DNA from: a virus | Lineage: Duplodnaviria; Caudoviricetes | Strand: one strand, 5' to 3' | DNA length: 57,558 bases | IMG/VR virus record: IMGVR_UViG_3300035670_009774 | Coordinates: 1-57,558 of that record | Shown: positions 1 to 8,424 of the stretch, piece by piece | Numbering within the stretch: the first letter of the stretch is position 1 | Layout: each line of letters begins with the position of its first letter | Made by a program: the position numbers and the translations under genes | Notes under the pieces: generated by a model | Told to the model about the DNA's origin: nothing | Databases searched by the model: none | Seen by the model: the letters and a program-made list of their open reading frames with translations, nothing else

Positions 1-63
1 GTAAAAGTAGTTCAAGTTGAATTCCGCGAACATGAAAAAAACACAGCATTTTATAAAGGTTAA
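1..63 (+). CDS. queD: 6-carboxy-tetrahydropterin synthase QueD, C-terminal end (partial)
   Basis: Frame 1 reads VKVVQVEFREHEKNTAFYKG*, like the QueD/PTPS C-terminal strand (V.V.E...N.A.Y); directly upstream of queE. Confidence 0.65.
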   Translation, partial: VKVVQVEFREHEKNTAFYKG

Positions 64-65
64 TT

Positions 66-848
66 ATGGCACTAAAAAGAATTGAAGATTATAGCAAAAA
101 GCTACCAATCGTAGAACTTTACACATGCGTACAATCAGAAGGCAGTAGGGCAGGTCGTCCTACTGTTGCTGTACGCACAACAGGATGTACCCACCGTTGT
201 TATTTTGGTGAAGGTGGATGGTGTGATTCTTGGTACACAAGTATTCACCCCGAAAAAGGTAAATATTCATTTCAAGACATTGTAGATGTTTATAATGCTC
301 ATCCTGAAATTACAGAGATGATGTTAACTGGAGGTTCACCGAGTATGCACCCAGCACTTGTAAATGAATTAACACACTTTGCTAATGAAAGAAATATTAT
401 TATTACTATTGAAACTGAAGGATCCCATTTCTTGGAAACAGATTATCCACTGGGTCTTATTTCTTTTAGTCCTAAGTTTAGCAACAGCCTTCCCGTACTT
501 GGTGTTTCTACACCTATGGGGAGTATTGTAGACCAAAAAATGATTGATCAACATAATAAATTTCGTTTGAATAAAGATGCTATTAAACAATCAATGGAAT
601 ACCATTCTGATTACCATATGAAGGTTGTAGTCAACCCAGTTGAAGATCCTGAAACGTGGAATGAAATTAAAACATTCCTTGATGAATTAGGAGTACCTAA
701 AAATAAAATTTGGATTATGCCTCCTGGAGATAATCGTCAAGAATTGATTCGAGTTTATCCTATGGTAATTCAATGGTGTACAGATAATTATTACAATTTT
801 ACAGGTAGAGAACATATTATTGCATTTGATACAAAACGTGAAGTTTAA
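66..848 (+). CDS. queE: 7-carboxy-7-deazaguanine synthase QueE (radical SAM)
   Basis: ELYTCVQSEGSRAGRPTVAVRTTGCTHRC...WCDSWYT, LTGG-P, IETEG and SFSPK motifs. Confidence 0.9.
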   Translation: MALKRIEDYSKKLPIVELYTCVQSEGSRAGRPTVAVRTTGCTHRCYFGEGGWCDSWYTSIHPEKGKYSFQDIVDVYNAHPEITEMMLTGGSPSMHPALVNELTHFANERNIIITIETEGSHFLETDYPLGLISFSPKFSNSLPVLGVSTPMGSIVDQKMIDQHNKFRLNKDAIKQSMEYHSDYHMKVVVNPVEDPETWNEIKTFLDELGVPKNKIWIMPPGDNRQELIRVYPMVIQWCTDNYYNFTGREHIIAFDTKREV

Positions 849-1237
849 TGGATATATTATCAACACACCCCGTTAAAAAATTAGATTTAGGTTTTCATGG
901 CAATCTATTTGGCGGCAAATTGCTTAGCTGGGTAGATGCCGCTGTTGCCGCTTATGCTATGGAACGTTGTCATAGTAAAAATATGATTACAGTAGCATTA
1001 GATAAATGTGTATTTGAGAAACCAGCTAAAGAAGGACAATTAGTAAAAATTTATGCTGATATGTCTAGAATAGGAACCACTTCAGCTACATTTGATGTAG
1101 AAGCTAGAAATTATAATGTTTTTAGAGGTGATGAGCAAATTATTTTAAAAACAAGTATGACTTTTGTTCGAGTAGATGATGAAGGTATTCCAATCCCTAT
1201 TTCAGAACAAGTAAAACGAGAATTTCAACATTTTTAA
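848..1237 (+). CDS. Acyl-CoA thioesterase (hotdog fold, YciA-like)
   Basis: DLGFHGNLFGGKLLSWVD motif; C-terminal TFVRVDDEGIPIP. Confidence 0.85.
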   Translation: MDILSTHPVKKLDLGFHGNLFGGKLLSWVDAAVAAYAMERCHSKNMITVALDKCVFEKPAKEGQLVKIYADMSRIGTTSATFDVEARNYNVFRGDEQIILKTSMTFVRVDDEGIPIPISEQVKREFQHF

Positions 1238-1243
1238 ATATAA

Positions 1244-1753
1244 ATGAAACTTCAAACACTATTTACAGAACTTGAAATTAAAAATAAAGTAGGTGAAATT
1301 GCTTATAAAATTTCAAAACAAAAACACAATTCACCTCCTGTTTTTATTTGCGTTTTAAATGGCGCCTTTATGTTTTTTACGGATTTAGTGAAACATATAA
1401 AAGAATGCGAAATAGACTTTATAAGTGCGAAATCCTACACAGGTACAACACAGGGTGAGATAAAACTTTTAAAAGATATTACTAGTAATATTGAAGGAAA
1501 AGATGTTTATCTTGTAGATGATATATATGATTCTGGAAATACTATTAAGTTTTTAACTGAGCATCTTGCTTGGAAAAACCCAAAATCTATTACTCCTGTA
1601 GTTTTATTTAAACAATTTTATTCACACAATCCTAATTTAATTTATGGTTTTGAATTAGAAAATGAAAGTTGGTTAGTAGGTTATGGGTTAGATGATGAAA
1701 AAGGTCTTCAAAGAAATCTTAAACATATTGTTGGAATTCCTAGAGAGGATTAG
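1244..1753 (+). CDS. hpt: Hypoxanthine/guanine phosphoribosyltransferase-like
   Basis: CVLNGAFMFFTDL, PRPP loop VYLVDDIYDSGNT, WLVGYGLD...RNL. Confidence 0.85.
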   Translation: MKLQTLFTELEIKNKVGEIAYKISKQKHNSPPVFICVLNGAFMFFTDLVKHIKECEIDFISAKSYTGTTQGEIKLLKDITSNIEGKDVYLVDDIYDSGNTIKFLTEHLAWKNPKSITPVVLFKQFYSHNPNLIYGFELENESWLVGYGLDDEKGLQRNLKHIVGIPRED

Positions 1754-1761
1754 TATATTAT
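1730..1761 (+). promoter_or_regulatory. Bacteroidota-type promoter variant (GTTG-N20-TATATTAT)
   Basis: Same spacing as the repeated promoter; overlaps the hpt 3' end, upstream of 1777. Confidence 0.5.
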
Positions 1762-1776
1762 ATAAAAATAAAAATC

Positions 1777-2205
1777 ATGAATGTATCTCAAGCATTAAAG
1801 CAAAAAAACAAATTAATTGTTGAATTAAAAAAGCAATATCAAATTGCACAAAAATTTAATTCTCAAGAAGAAGGGAATGTTAGACGCTATTCAGTGCAAA
1901 ACGCATTGGATAAAGCTGTTGAGTTAACTATAGAGTTAACTGATTTAAAAACCAAAATTCACTTGGCAAATGCCCCAGTATACGATAAGATTTTTCGTAT
2001 GGCTGAATTGAAAAACCGTATTAAGGAACTGAGAAAAATTCCAACGGACGAAGGAAAAGTAGAAGCACGATTCAGTTCAGTAGCATCTGTAAAAGAAGTG
2101 GAAATTAATATTGCCCAACTTGATGAAATGGTCCAAACATTGGAAGCAAGAATTGATGAAATTCAAGCTGAGTTGGACGTTCATAACGCAACAACACAAA
2201 TTTAA
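1777..2205 (+). CDS. DIP1984-family-like coiled-coil protein
   Basis: N-terminal MNVSQALKQKNKL, central IHLAN and C-terminal IQAELDVHNATTQI fit the DIP1984-like pattern; heptad-rich. Confidence 0.65.
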   Translation: MNVSQALKQKNKLIVELKKQYQIAQKFNSQEEGNVRRYSVQNALDKAVELTIELTDLKTKIHLANAPVYDKIFRMAELKNRIKELRKIPTDEGKVEARFSSVASVKEVEINIAQLDEMVQTLEARIDEIQAELDVHNATTQI

Positions 2206-2207
2206 TT

Positions 2208-2401
2208 TGAGTAGGGAGTGATGATAAATTGATTTTCGATGTCGTACAATTCTACTATGAGCCAAATAGCGGATAAGTGATAATGATAAGGTACGCCAAC
2301 ATCAAAATTTAAATACTCAAAACATCAATCCTCGCGCACTTTCAATAAATTTAAACCTCTTTGAACTGGACTAGATTATTGATTTTGATTCGCTCCCCTC
2401 A
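2208..2401 (+). ncRNA. Putative structured ncRNA or 3' UTR element (~195 nt)
   Basis: Closing stem 2208-2221/2390-2401, internal stems 2232-2247/2291-2308 and 2317-2329/2378-2388; no credible ORF. Confidence 0.55.
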
Positions 2402-2407
2402 TTTTAA

Positions 2408-2439
2408 TTTGGATATTTTAAATATCCTTTATACATTTA
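2408..2439 (+). promoter_or_regulatory. Promoter TTTG-N20-TACATTTA upstream of folE
   Basis: Matches the repeated motif; spacer holds the inverted repeat GGATATTT/AAATATCC. Confidence 0.65.
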
Positions 2440-2460
2440 AATACAAAATTAATTAGTTAT

Positions 2461-3156
2461 ATGGAAAACAAAAGACGAAAAAACCACACTGATTTAGAGT
2501 GTGTTAAAACAGGTTTCGCTAATGGAGTTGCACCTGGATTCCCCCTTACCGAGAAAGAAAAGTGGTCAATGGTAGATGAAGCAGAAGAAGCTTATGGTAA
2601 ATTTCTTGATGCTCTAGGATGTGACTGGAGAAATGATCCAAATTCAATGGAAACACCTCGCCGTGTAGCTAAAGCTTATGTATTTGATTTATGGAAAGGT
2701 CGTTACGATGCTATGAGTGATATCACTTCATTCCCTTCAGATGGTTATGATGGTATTGTAATTGAAAGAAATATTCCTGTTACTTCAATGTGTTCACATC
2801 ACCACCAAACAATTGGAGGAGTAGTTCATGTTGGTTATGTAGTTGGTAAAGAAGGTCAAGTAATTGGTTTATCTAAGTTAAATAGAATTGTTGAATTGTT
2901 TGGTCGTAGAGGAGCAATTCAAGAACAACTAACATCTGCTATTCATAATGCTGTTGATAAAGTATGTGAAGGTAATAAAGGTGTTATTGTTACTGTAGTA
3001 GCAACACATAATTGTGTATCTTGTAGAGGTGTAAAACATCAAGGTGCTTCAATGGTTACAACCAAAGCATCAGGTGTATTTATGGAAAATGATAATCAAG
3101 CACGTAAAGAATTTTTTGATTCATTGAAAATTAATAACGGAGGACACCAGATATGA
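2461..3156 (+). CDS. folE: GTP cyclohydrolase I FolE
   Basis: ETPRRVAK, SMCSHHH, GLSKLNRIV, IQEQLT, HNCVSCRGV motifs. Confidence 0.95.
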   Translation: MENKRRKNHTDLECVKTGFANGVAPGFPLTEKEKWSMVDEAEEAYGKFLDALGCDWRNDPNSMETPRRVAKAYVFDLWKGRYDAMSDITSFPSDGYDGIVIERNIPVTSMCSHHHQTIGGVVHVGYVVGKEGQVIGLSKLNRIVELFGRRGAIQEQLTSAIHNAVDKVCEGNKGVIVTVVATHNCVSCRGVKHQGASMVTTKASGVFMENDNQARKEFFDSLKINNGGHQI

Positions 3157-3770
3157 GTCTACTAGAACAAAAACAAGCTGAATTAATTGAATTATTAGCA
3201 GGTCAAGTAGTAGATTTATCTATGATGTCTAAAATTGAACTTGGAAATGATGTAATTCAAGAATGGTCTCGATTGAATCTAGAGATTAATAATCTAAAAG
3301 ACAATTATGTACCATTTGTAAGTGAAGTTGAAGATTTTAATTCCCTAATGAATAAACCTAACAACTATGAACCGACAATTCCAGAAAATAGATCAGAGTG
3401 GGAATTCGTTTATAACTTCATTCTTGAAGAGCTTGAAGAATATAAACATGCTTGTGAAACCGGAAACATCGTTGAAGTTTTGGATGCGTTGTGTGACATT
3501 ACTTACGTTTCCCTTGGGAACGGTGCTATGCTTCATGGTCTTAAGAATAAAGTTTGGCCCGCTTATATGGAAGTACAGGCGTCGAATTTATCGAAAGCTT
3601 GTAGATCTCAAGAAGAGGCAGAAGAGACTGTACAAGTACGTTCCAAAGAACAAGGCGAAACATGTCATTGGGAAAAGGTTGGTGACAATTATATTGTATA
3701 CCGTAGCCGTGATAGGAAAGTTATGAAAAATATCAATTATTTTAGACCTGATCTTAAAAAATTCTTTTAA
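3153..3770 (+). CDS. MazG-like all-alpha NTP pyrophosphohydrolase with N-terminal extension
   Basis: ILEELEEY...EVLDALCDITYV..G...EVQASNLSK...DRKVMK...PDL. Confidence 0.8.
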   Translation: MSLLEQKQAELIELLAGQVVDLSMMSKIELGNDVIQEWSRLNLEINNLKDNYVPFVSEVEDFNSLMNKPNNYEPTIPENRSEWEFVYNFILEELEEYKHACETGNIVEVLDALCDITYVSLGNGAMLHGLKNKVWPAYMEVQASNLSKACRSQEEAEETVQVRSKEQGETCHWEKVGDNYIVYRSRDRKVMKNINYFRPDLKKFF

Positions 3771-6373
3771 TGTATCAATCGATATATTACGACAGAGAAA
3801 GTTATCAATATTATTTAAGAGACGACAAGCGAGGTTGGAAGATATTTAATTATCAACCAACCTGCTATGTTGCTGATGTTGATGGTGAGTATGAAACATT
3901 AGATGGTACTAGAGTATCACCTGTTAAGAAAATTGACTGGAAAGATCCTAAATATTTTGAAAAAGACGTAGACAAAAATACTAGAGTACTAGTCGATTTT
4001 TATTCTGAATCAGATGATACTCCTTCTTATCACAATTTAGTTTACTTAGATATTGAGTGTGAAATTGCAGGAGCACTTACACCTGAAAATATTAAAGATC
4101 CTAAAGGTAAAATTACATCAATTGCTTTATATGATAATAATAGTAAAAAATACTACTGTTTGATTTTAGATGAAAAACAATTGATGAAAGATGCTACATC
4201 AGAAGGTAAAGAAGTAATCCCATATAAATCAGAAAAAGAATTACTTAGTGGATTTCTTGACATCTGGATCAAACTTGATCCTACTATCATTTCAGGATGG
4301 AATAGTGAATTTTTTGATATCCCTTATCTATACTATCGTATTTCTAAAATATTAAGTACAGAATTAGCTCAATATTTATCTCCTATTCAAAAAGTTAAAT
4401 CTACATCTATGTTTGATAGTGGAGTAATGACTGATTTTGTAGTAATAGGAGGTGTTAATCATTTAGATTATATGAACTTATTTAAAAAGTTCATTACTAA
4501 ACAAGAACCAAGTTATGCTTTAGGTAATATTGGAGAAAAATATGTTAAGTTAGGTAAAATTGACTATAAAGGATCTCTTGATAAATTATTTAGAGAAGAT
4601 ATAAATACATTTATCGAATATAATATTCGAGACGTTGAAATTATTGTTGAATTAGAAAAATCACTCAAGTTTATTGACTTAACAGTTACAATTGCTCACT
4701 TATGTCATACAACTTATGAATCAATTTATTACTCAACAGTATTAAATGATGGAGCTATTTTAACTTATCTAAAACGTAAGGGAATTGTATCTCCTAATAA
4801 ACCTACTACTTATAATCCTGTACTTAAAGAAATTAAGGAAGAATATGCTGGAGGTTATTTAAAAGATCCTGTACCTGGTTTATATGAATGGGTTATTGAC
4901 CTTGACTTTACTTCGTTGTATCCATCGATTATTCGTTCACTTAATATGGGTATTGAAACATTAGTAGGACGCGTTGTAAACACAGGTAAATTCGATAATC
5001 AATGGTCATTAAGGGAACTCAAAAAAATGGATCCTGAAAAATTTGTTGAAATTGAAAAGGTTAAAAAAGATAGAAAACTTATTCGTTCTGAAATTAAAGT
5101 AAAACATCTAATAGAACTTATTGAAGAAGGTGACCTACTCATTTCAGCTCCAGGAGTAATATTCCGTAAAGATAAGTCAAGTGTTGTTTGTGAAATTTTA
5201 GCTGACTGGTTTGCTAAACGTCAAGAATATAAGGCGTTAATGAAAAAAGCATATAAGGTTGATAACGATCCTGTAATGGGAGAATTTTATAACAAACGTC
5301 AACACGCGTATAAAATTAAATTAAATGATGTTTACGGGGTATTTGCTATTAATGGTTGGAGATACACTGATGGACACAAATTCATCAGTAAAGCTATTAC
5401 ACTTACTGGTCAAAGATTAACTCAAGAGTCAATTAAGTTTGTAAATGAATGGATGAATACAGAATTAGGAACTAAAGATAAAGATTATATTGTCACATCA
5501 GATACCGATTCATTATTTATTCAAACTAAAGAATTAATTCTTCAACGTAATCCTGAATTAGCAAATGGTACTCAAGATGAAATTGTAAAAGCGGTCCTTG
5601 AAGTTGCTACTGAAATTCAAAAATTAGCAAATGATCATTTACATGTTTTAGTACAAGAGTTATTTAATGTTAAATATCCTGACGAACCACATTACTTTGA
5701 ATTAAAACAAGAAGTTGTACTTGATAGAGGTTATTTTGCTGGTAAACGTAGATATGCAATGCATATTGTAAATAAAGAAGGTGTACCAACAGATGAGCTA
5801 GATATGAAGGGTCTAGATTTGATGAAATCAAATTTCCCTCCACTATTTAGAAAGTTTGGAGAACATATTTTAAATGAAATTATGTTTGGTACTTCTAAAA
5901 CTAGTATTGATAAACAGGTGCTTGAATTTAGAGAATCACTTAGAACAGTAGGTTGGGAACAAATCCTAAAACCTACAGGATTAAAGAAAATGAGTGAATA
6001 TATTGCTTCAGGCCCCACAGCAGGTGAAATATTTAGTAAATTAGGTTTAAAATGTCCTATTAATACTAAAGCAGCTATCTATTATAATGATTTACTTCGT
6101 TTTAAAGGATTAGATAAAAAACATCCAACTTTTCAAATAGGAGATAAAATGTACATTGGATATCTGAAGGAGAATCCGTATCGTATCGACGTGATAGGAT
6201 TTAATGGACATAGCGATCCTCCTGAAATTATGGAGTTTATTGAAAAATATATTGATAGAGATGGACTATTTGATTCTGTTATGAAAAATAAATTAGAAGG
6301 CATCTACAGTGACTTAGGTTGGGGTATGCCTGTATTTAATAAAAAAGTTAACAAATTCTTTACATTCGAATAA
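3770..6373 (+). CDS. DNA polymerase family B (T4 gp43-like)
   Basis: Exo motifs DIECE, GWNSEFFDIPY, YNIRDV; pol motifs DFTSLYPSII, KIKLNDVYG, DTDS, KRRYA, KGLD. Confidence 0.95.
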   Translation: MYQSIYYDRESYQYYLRDDKRGWKIFNYQPTCYVADVDGEYETLDGTRVSPVKKIDWKDPKYFEKDVDKNTRVLVDFYSESDDTPSYHNLVYLDIECEIAGALTPENIKDPKGKITSIALYDNNSKKYYCLILDEKQLMKDATSEGKEVIPYKSEKELLSGFLDIWIKLDPTIISGWNSEFFDIPYLYYRISKILSTELAQYLSPIQKVKSTSMFDSGVMTDFVVIGGVNHLDYMNLFKKFITKQEPSYALGNIGEKYVKLGKIDYKGSLDKLFREDINTFIEYNIRDVEIIVELEKSLKFIDLTVTIAHLCHTTYESIYYSTVLNDGAILTYLKRKGIVSPNKPTTYNPVLKEIKEEYAGGYLKDPVPGLYEWVIDLDFTSLYPSIIRSLNMGIETLVGRVVNTGKFDNQWSLRELKKMDPEKFVEIEKVKKDRKLIRSEIKVKHLIELIEEGDLLISAPGVIFRKDKSSVVCEILADWFAKRQEYKALMKKAYKVDNDPVMGEFYNKRQHAYKIKLNDVYGVFAINGWRYTDGHKFISKAITLTGQRLTQESIKFVNEWMNTELGTKDKDYIVTSDTDSLFIQTKELILQRNPELANGTQDEIVKAVLEVATEIQKLANDHLHVLVQELFNVKYPDEPHYFELKQEVVLDRGYFAGKRRYAMHIVNKEGVPTDELDMKGLDLMKSNFPPLFRKFGEHILNEIMFGTSKTSIDKQVLEFRESLRTVGWEQILKPTGLKKMSEYIASGPTAGEIFSKLGLKCPINTKAAIYYNDLLRFKGLDKKHPTFQIGDKMYIGYLKENPYRIDVIGFNGHSDPPEIMEFIEKYIDRDGLFDSVMKNKLEGIYSDLGWGMPVFNKKVNKFFTFE

Positions 6374-6376
6374 ATC

Positions 6377-7117
6377 ATGATAAACAAATTAGATCTTACC
6401 TCAGTTATTTCAAAATATTACCTAAATGGTATGATTGAAGCTGTTAAATGGGATATTCAAGATGAAAATATGGTAATTAAATTTAATGCACCTACTAAAG
6501 AAATGATTGGTCGTGTTGAGTTTAATGAAATGCCTCTTGAAGATTCAACAATTGCAATTAGTAATACTACTCAATTAAATAAATTAATTGGTATTACAAA
6601 TGGTTATTTAGATTTAAAATATGAAAAAATTAATAAATTTATTACTAAATTAATTATTGCTGATAATCAATTTACTCTTAATTATGCTTTAGCTGATACA
6701 ATGATTATTCCTAAAGCTGGAGAAGTAACAGGTGAAATGTCTTGGAATATTGAAGCACCTTTAGATAATGAAAGTATTAATGCCATTGTTAGAGCCAAAT
6801 CAGCATTAGCTGAAAGTGAAACAGTAGTAATTAAACCACATGAAAATGCTGATGGTGAATTTCAAATTGAAATGCAATTTGGAGGTAATGTAGAACATGC
6901 TAATAAAGTATCATTTTACATCCCAGGAGCAAAAACAACAGATCTACCAGATGATTTCAAAGAACATTACAATTCAAATATGATTAAAGAAATTATGTAT
7001 TGTAATAAAGATATGGTAGGTGGAACTATTAGTATCAATTTAGAAGGTATTATGAAGTTAGAATTTGAAAACGATTCTGTAAAAAGTACATACTATCTTG
7101 TATCAAAAGAAATCTAA
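6377..7117 (+). CDS. Probable DNA sliding clamp (gp45/PCNA-like)
   Basis: 246 aa acidic alpha/beta protein right after polB, ending LEFENDSVKSTYYLV. Confidence 0.7.
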   Translation: MINKLDLTSVISKYYLNGMIEAVKWDIQDENMVIKFNAPTKEMIGRVEFNEMPLEDSTIAISNTTQLNKLIGITNGYLDLKYEKINKFITKLIIADNQFTLNYALADTMIIPKAGEVTGEMSWNIEAPLDNESINAIVRAKSALAESETVVIKPHENADGEFQIEMQFGGNVEHANKVSFYIPGAKTTDLPDDFKEHYNSNMIKEIMYCNKDMVGGTISINLEGIMKLEFENDSVKSTYYLVSKEI

Positions 7118-7140
7118 CGTATATTTATAAATAAAATAAA

Positions 7141-7767
7141 ATGACACAAGAGCAACTTCGTATGCAAATGTTGGCGGGTATTATCACTGAAGGTCAATTT
7201 AAAGCAAAATTAAATGAAGAATTATCTGATGATGTTAAACAATATTTAAAAGATAACTTTGAAATGTATTTAGAAGGTGGAGATGAATTCGAAGAAGAAC
7301 CAGGAGAAACCCACACATTTACAATGGAAGCTGATGAATTTGGAAACCCAGAATATTATGATGATGCTGATACATTTAAAAAAGCAATAGAACAATTAAA
7401 AAGTTCATCTTTTATTCTTGATTCTGATAAAGAAGAAGATTTTGTTGGGGAAGGATATGGAAAAATTACTTTTACAACTGATGGAACTAATATAAAACTT
7501 TCTTTTACTGTCCCCAAATATGATAATAAAAATGATAATAAAAATGATGGTAAAAATAAATGGTCTAAAAGTTTTGAAAATCATATACAAGCATTAAAAG
7601 ATGAATTGGGTGATGAATATGAAGATGCTAAGATAAATTCAAGTTTGGAAGGTGATGGAAATAAACCTACTATATCTTCTAAAATAGATGGTAATCCTGT
7701 TAAAGTTTTTAAAACAATACATGATGAAGATGGAAATATAGAAGATCAAAAATTATACAATTATTAG
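7141..7767 (+). CDS. Highly acidic hypothetical protein with N-terminal RMQMLAGII motif
   Basis: ORF track; D/E-rich. Confidence 0.7.
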   Translation: MTQEQLRMQMLAGIITEGQFKAKLNEELSDDVKQYLKDNFEMYLEGGDEFEEEPGETHTFTMEADEFGNPEYYDDADTFKKAIEQLKSSSFILDSDKEEDFVGEGYGKITFTTDGTNIKLSFTVPKYDNKNDNKNDGKNKWSKSFENHIQALKDELGDEYEDAKINSSLEGDGNKPTISSKIDGNPVKVFKTIHDEDGNIEDQKLYNY

Positions 7768-7796
7768 TTAGTTTAAAAATAAAATAAACTTTACAG

Positions 7797-7823
7797 AAAA
7801 GCTTGTCTACCGACAGGCTTTTT
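7797..7823 (+). terminator. Intrinsic terminator, likely bidirectional, overlapping a CTTG-N20-TATCTTTA promoter
   Basis: AAAAGCTTGTC-TACC-GACAGGCTTTTT. Confidence 0.7.
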
Positions 7824-7850
7824 CTTATCTTTAATATATGTATATAAGAC

Positions 7851-7871
7851 AAAACCATGACTTTAGGGAGC
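7851..7871. repeat. Left arm of an inverted repeat flanking hsp20
   Basis: AAAACCA-tga-CTTTAGGGAGC, complementary to 8362-8381. Confidence 0.7.
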
Positions 7872-7926
7872 AAGTTTTGTTAATGTTTAACCCGCTGATC
7901 TTAGGACAGCACAAATTTAAAATGAT

Positions 7927-8355
7927 ATGAGTACATTATTTACCGAGAATTATTTCTCACCATTTGATTTATTATTCAAAGACTTTTTTAAGTCTGAATT
8001 AGATTTTCAACCGGCTAATCAAGCCAAATATTCCCACCCAGTAGACATCTTTGAAAACTCAGAAGGACTTCATTTTGAAGTTGCATGTACGGGTCTTGCT
8101 AAAGAAGATGTTGAACTTCATATTGAAGGAGATTTACTCGTTATTCGATATGATAAAAATTCTAAAGCACTTCAAGAAAAAGAAAGTCATAACTATATTC
8201 ATAGAGGTATAGCTAGACGTTCTTTTAGTCTAGGTTATAGAATTGCTTCTAAATTTAATCTTTCACAAGCAGAAGCAATAATGGAAAATGGATTACTTAC
8301 TATTGATATTCCATTTGCCGAAGAATCTAAACCAAAATTGTTGCAAATTAAATAA
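7927..8355 (+). CDS. Small heat shock protein Hsp20 (IbpA-like)
   Basis: PVDIFE, YIHRGIARRSF, AEAIMENGLLTIDIP alpha-crystallin motifs. Confidence 0.93.
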   Translation: MSTLFTENYFSPFDLLFKDFFKSELDFQPANQAKYSHPVDIFENSEGLHFEVACTGLAKEDVELHIEGDLLVIRYDKNSKALQEKESHNYIHRGIARRSFSLGYRIASKFNLSQAEAIMENGLLTIDIPFAEESKPKLLQIK

Positions 8356-8361
8356 TTAAAA

Positions 8362-8381
8362 GCTCCCTAAAGCTTGGTTTT
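8362..8381. repeat. Right arm of the inverted repeat flanking hsp20
   Basis: GCTCCCTAAAG-ct-TGGTTTT. Confidence 0.7.
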
Positions 8382-8404
8382 TTCAAGAATATTTCGTATA
8401 TTCA
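8373..8404 (+). promoter_or_regulatory. Promoter CTTGG...TTCG-TATATTCA
   Basis: Repeated motif, 20-nt spacer, upstream of the groES/groEL unit. Confidence 0.7.
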
Positions 8405-8424
8405 CGTTATAAAATATATAAAAA

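Noticed and set aside
2208-2401. Retron msr-msd, DGR template or preQ1 riboswitch
   Set aside because: No reverse transcriptase or variable-repeat partner in the window; no preQ1 consensus recognised, and a separate promoter lies between the element and folE
3770-6373. Intein or intron in polB (also checked clamp loader and thyX)
   Set aside because: Lengths are normal and motifs contiguous; no splice-junction signatures
7522-7557. 12-bp tandem repeat encoding DNKN-DNKN-DGKN
   Set aside because: Short in-frame low-complexity linker
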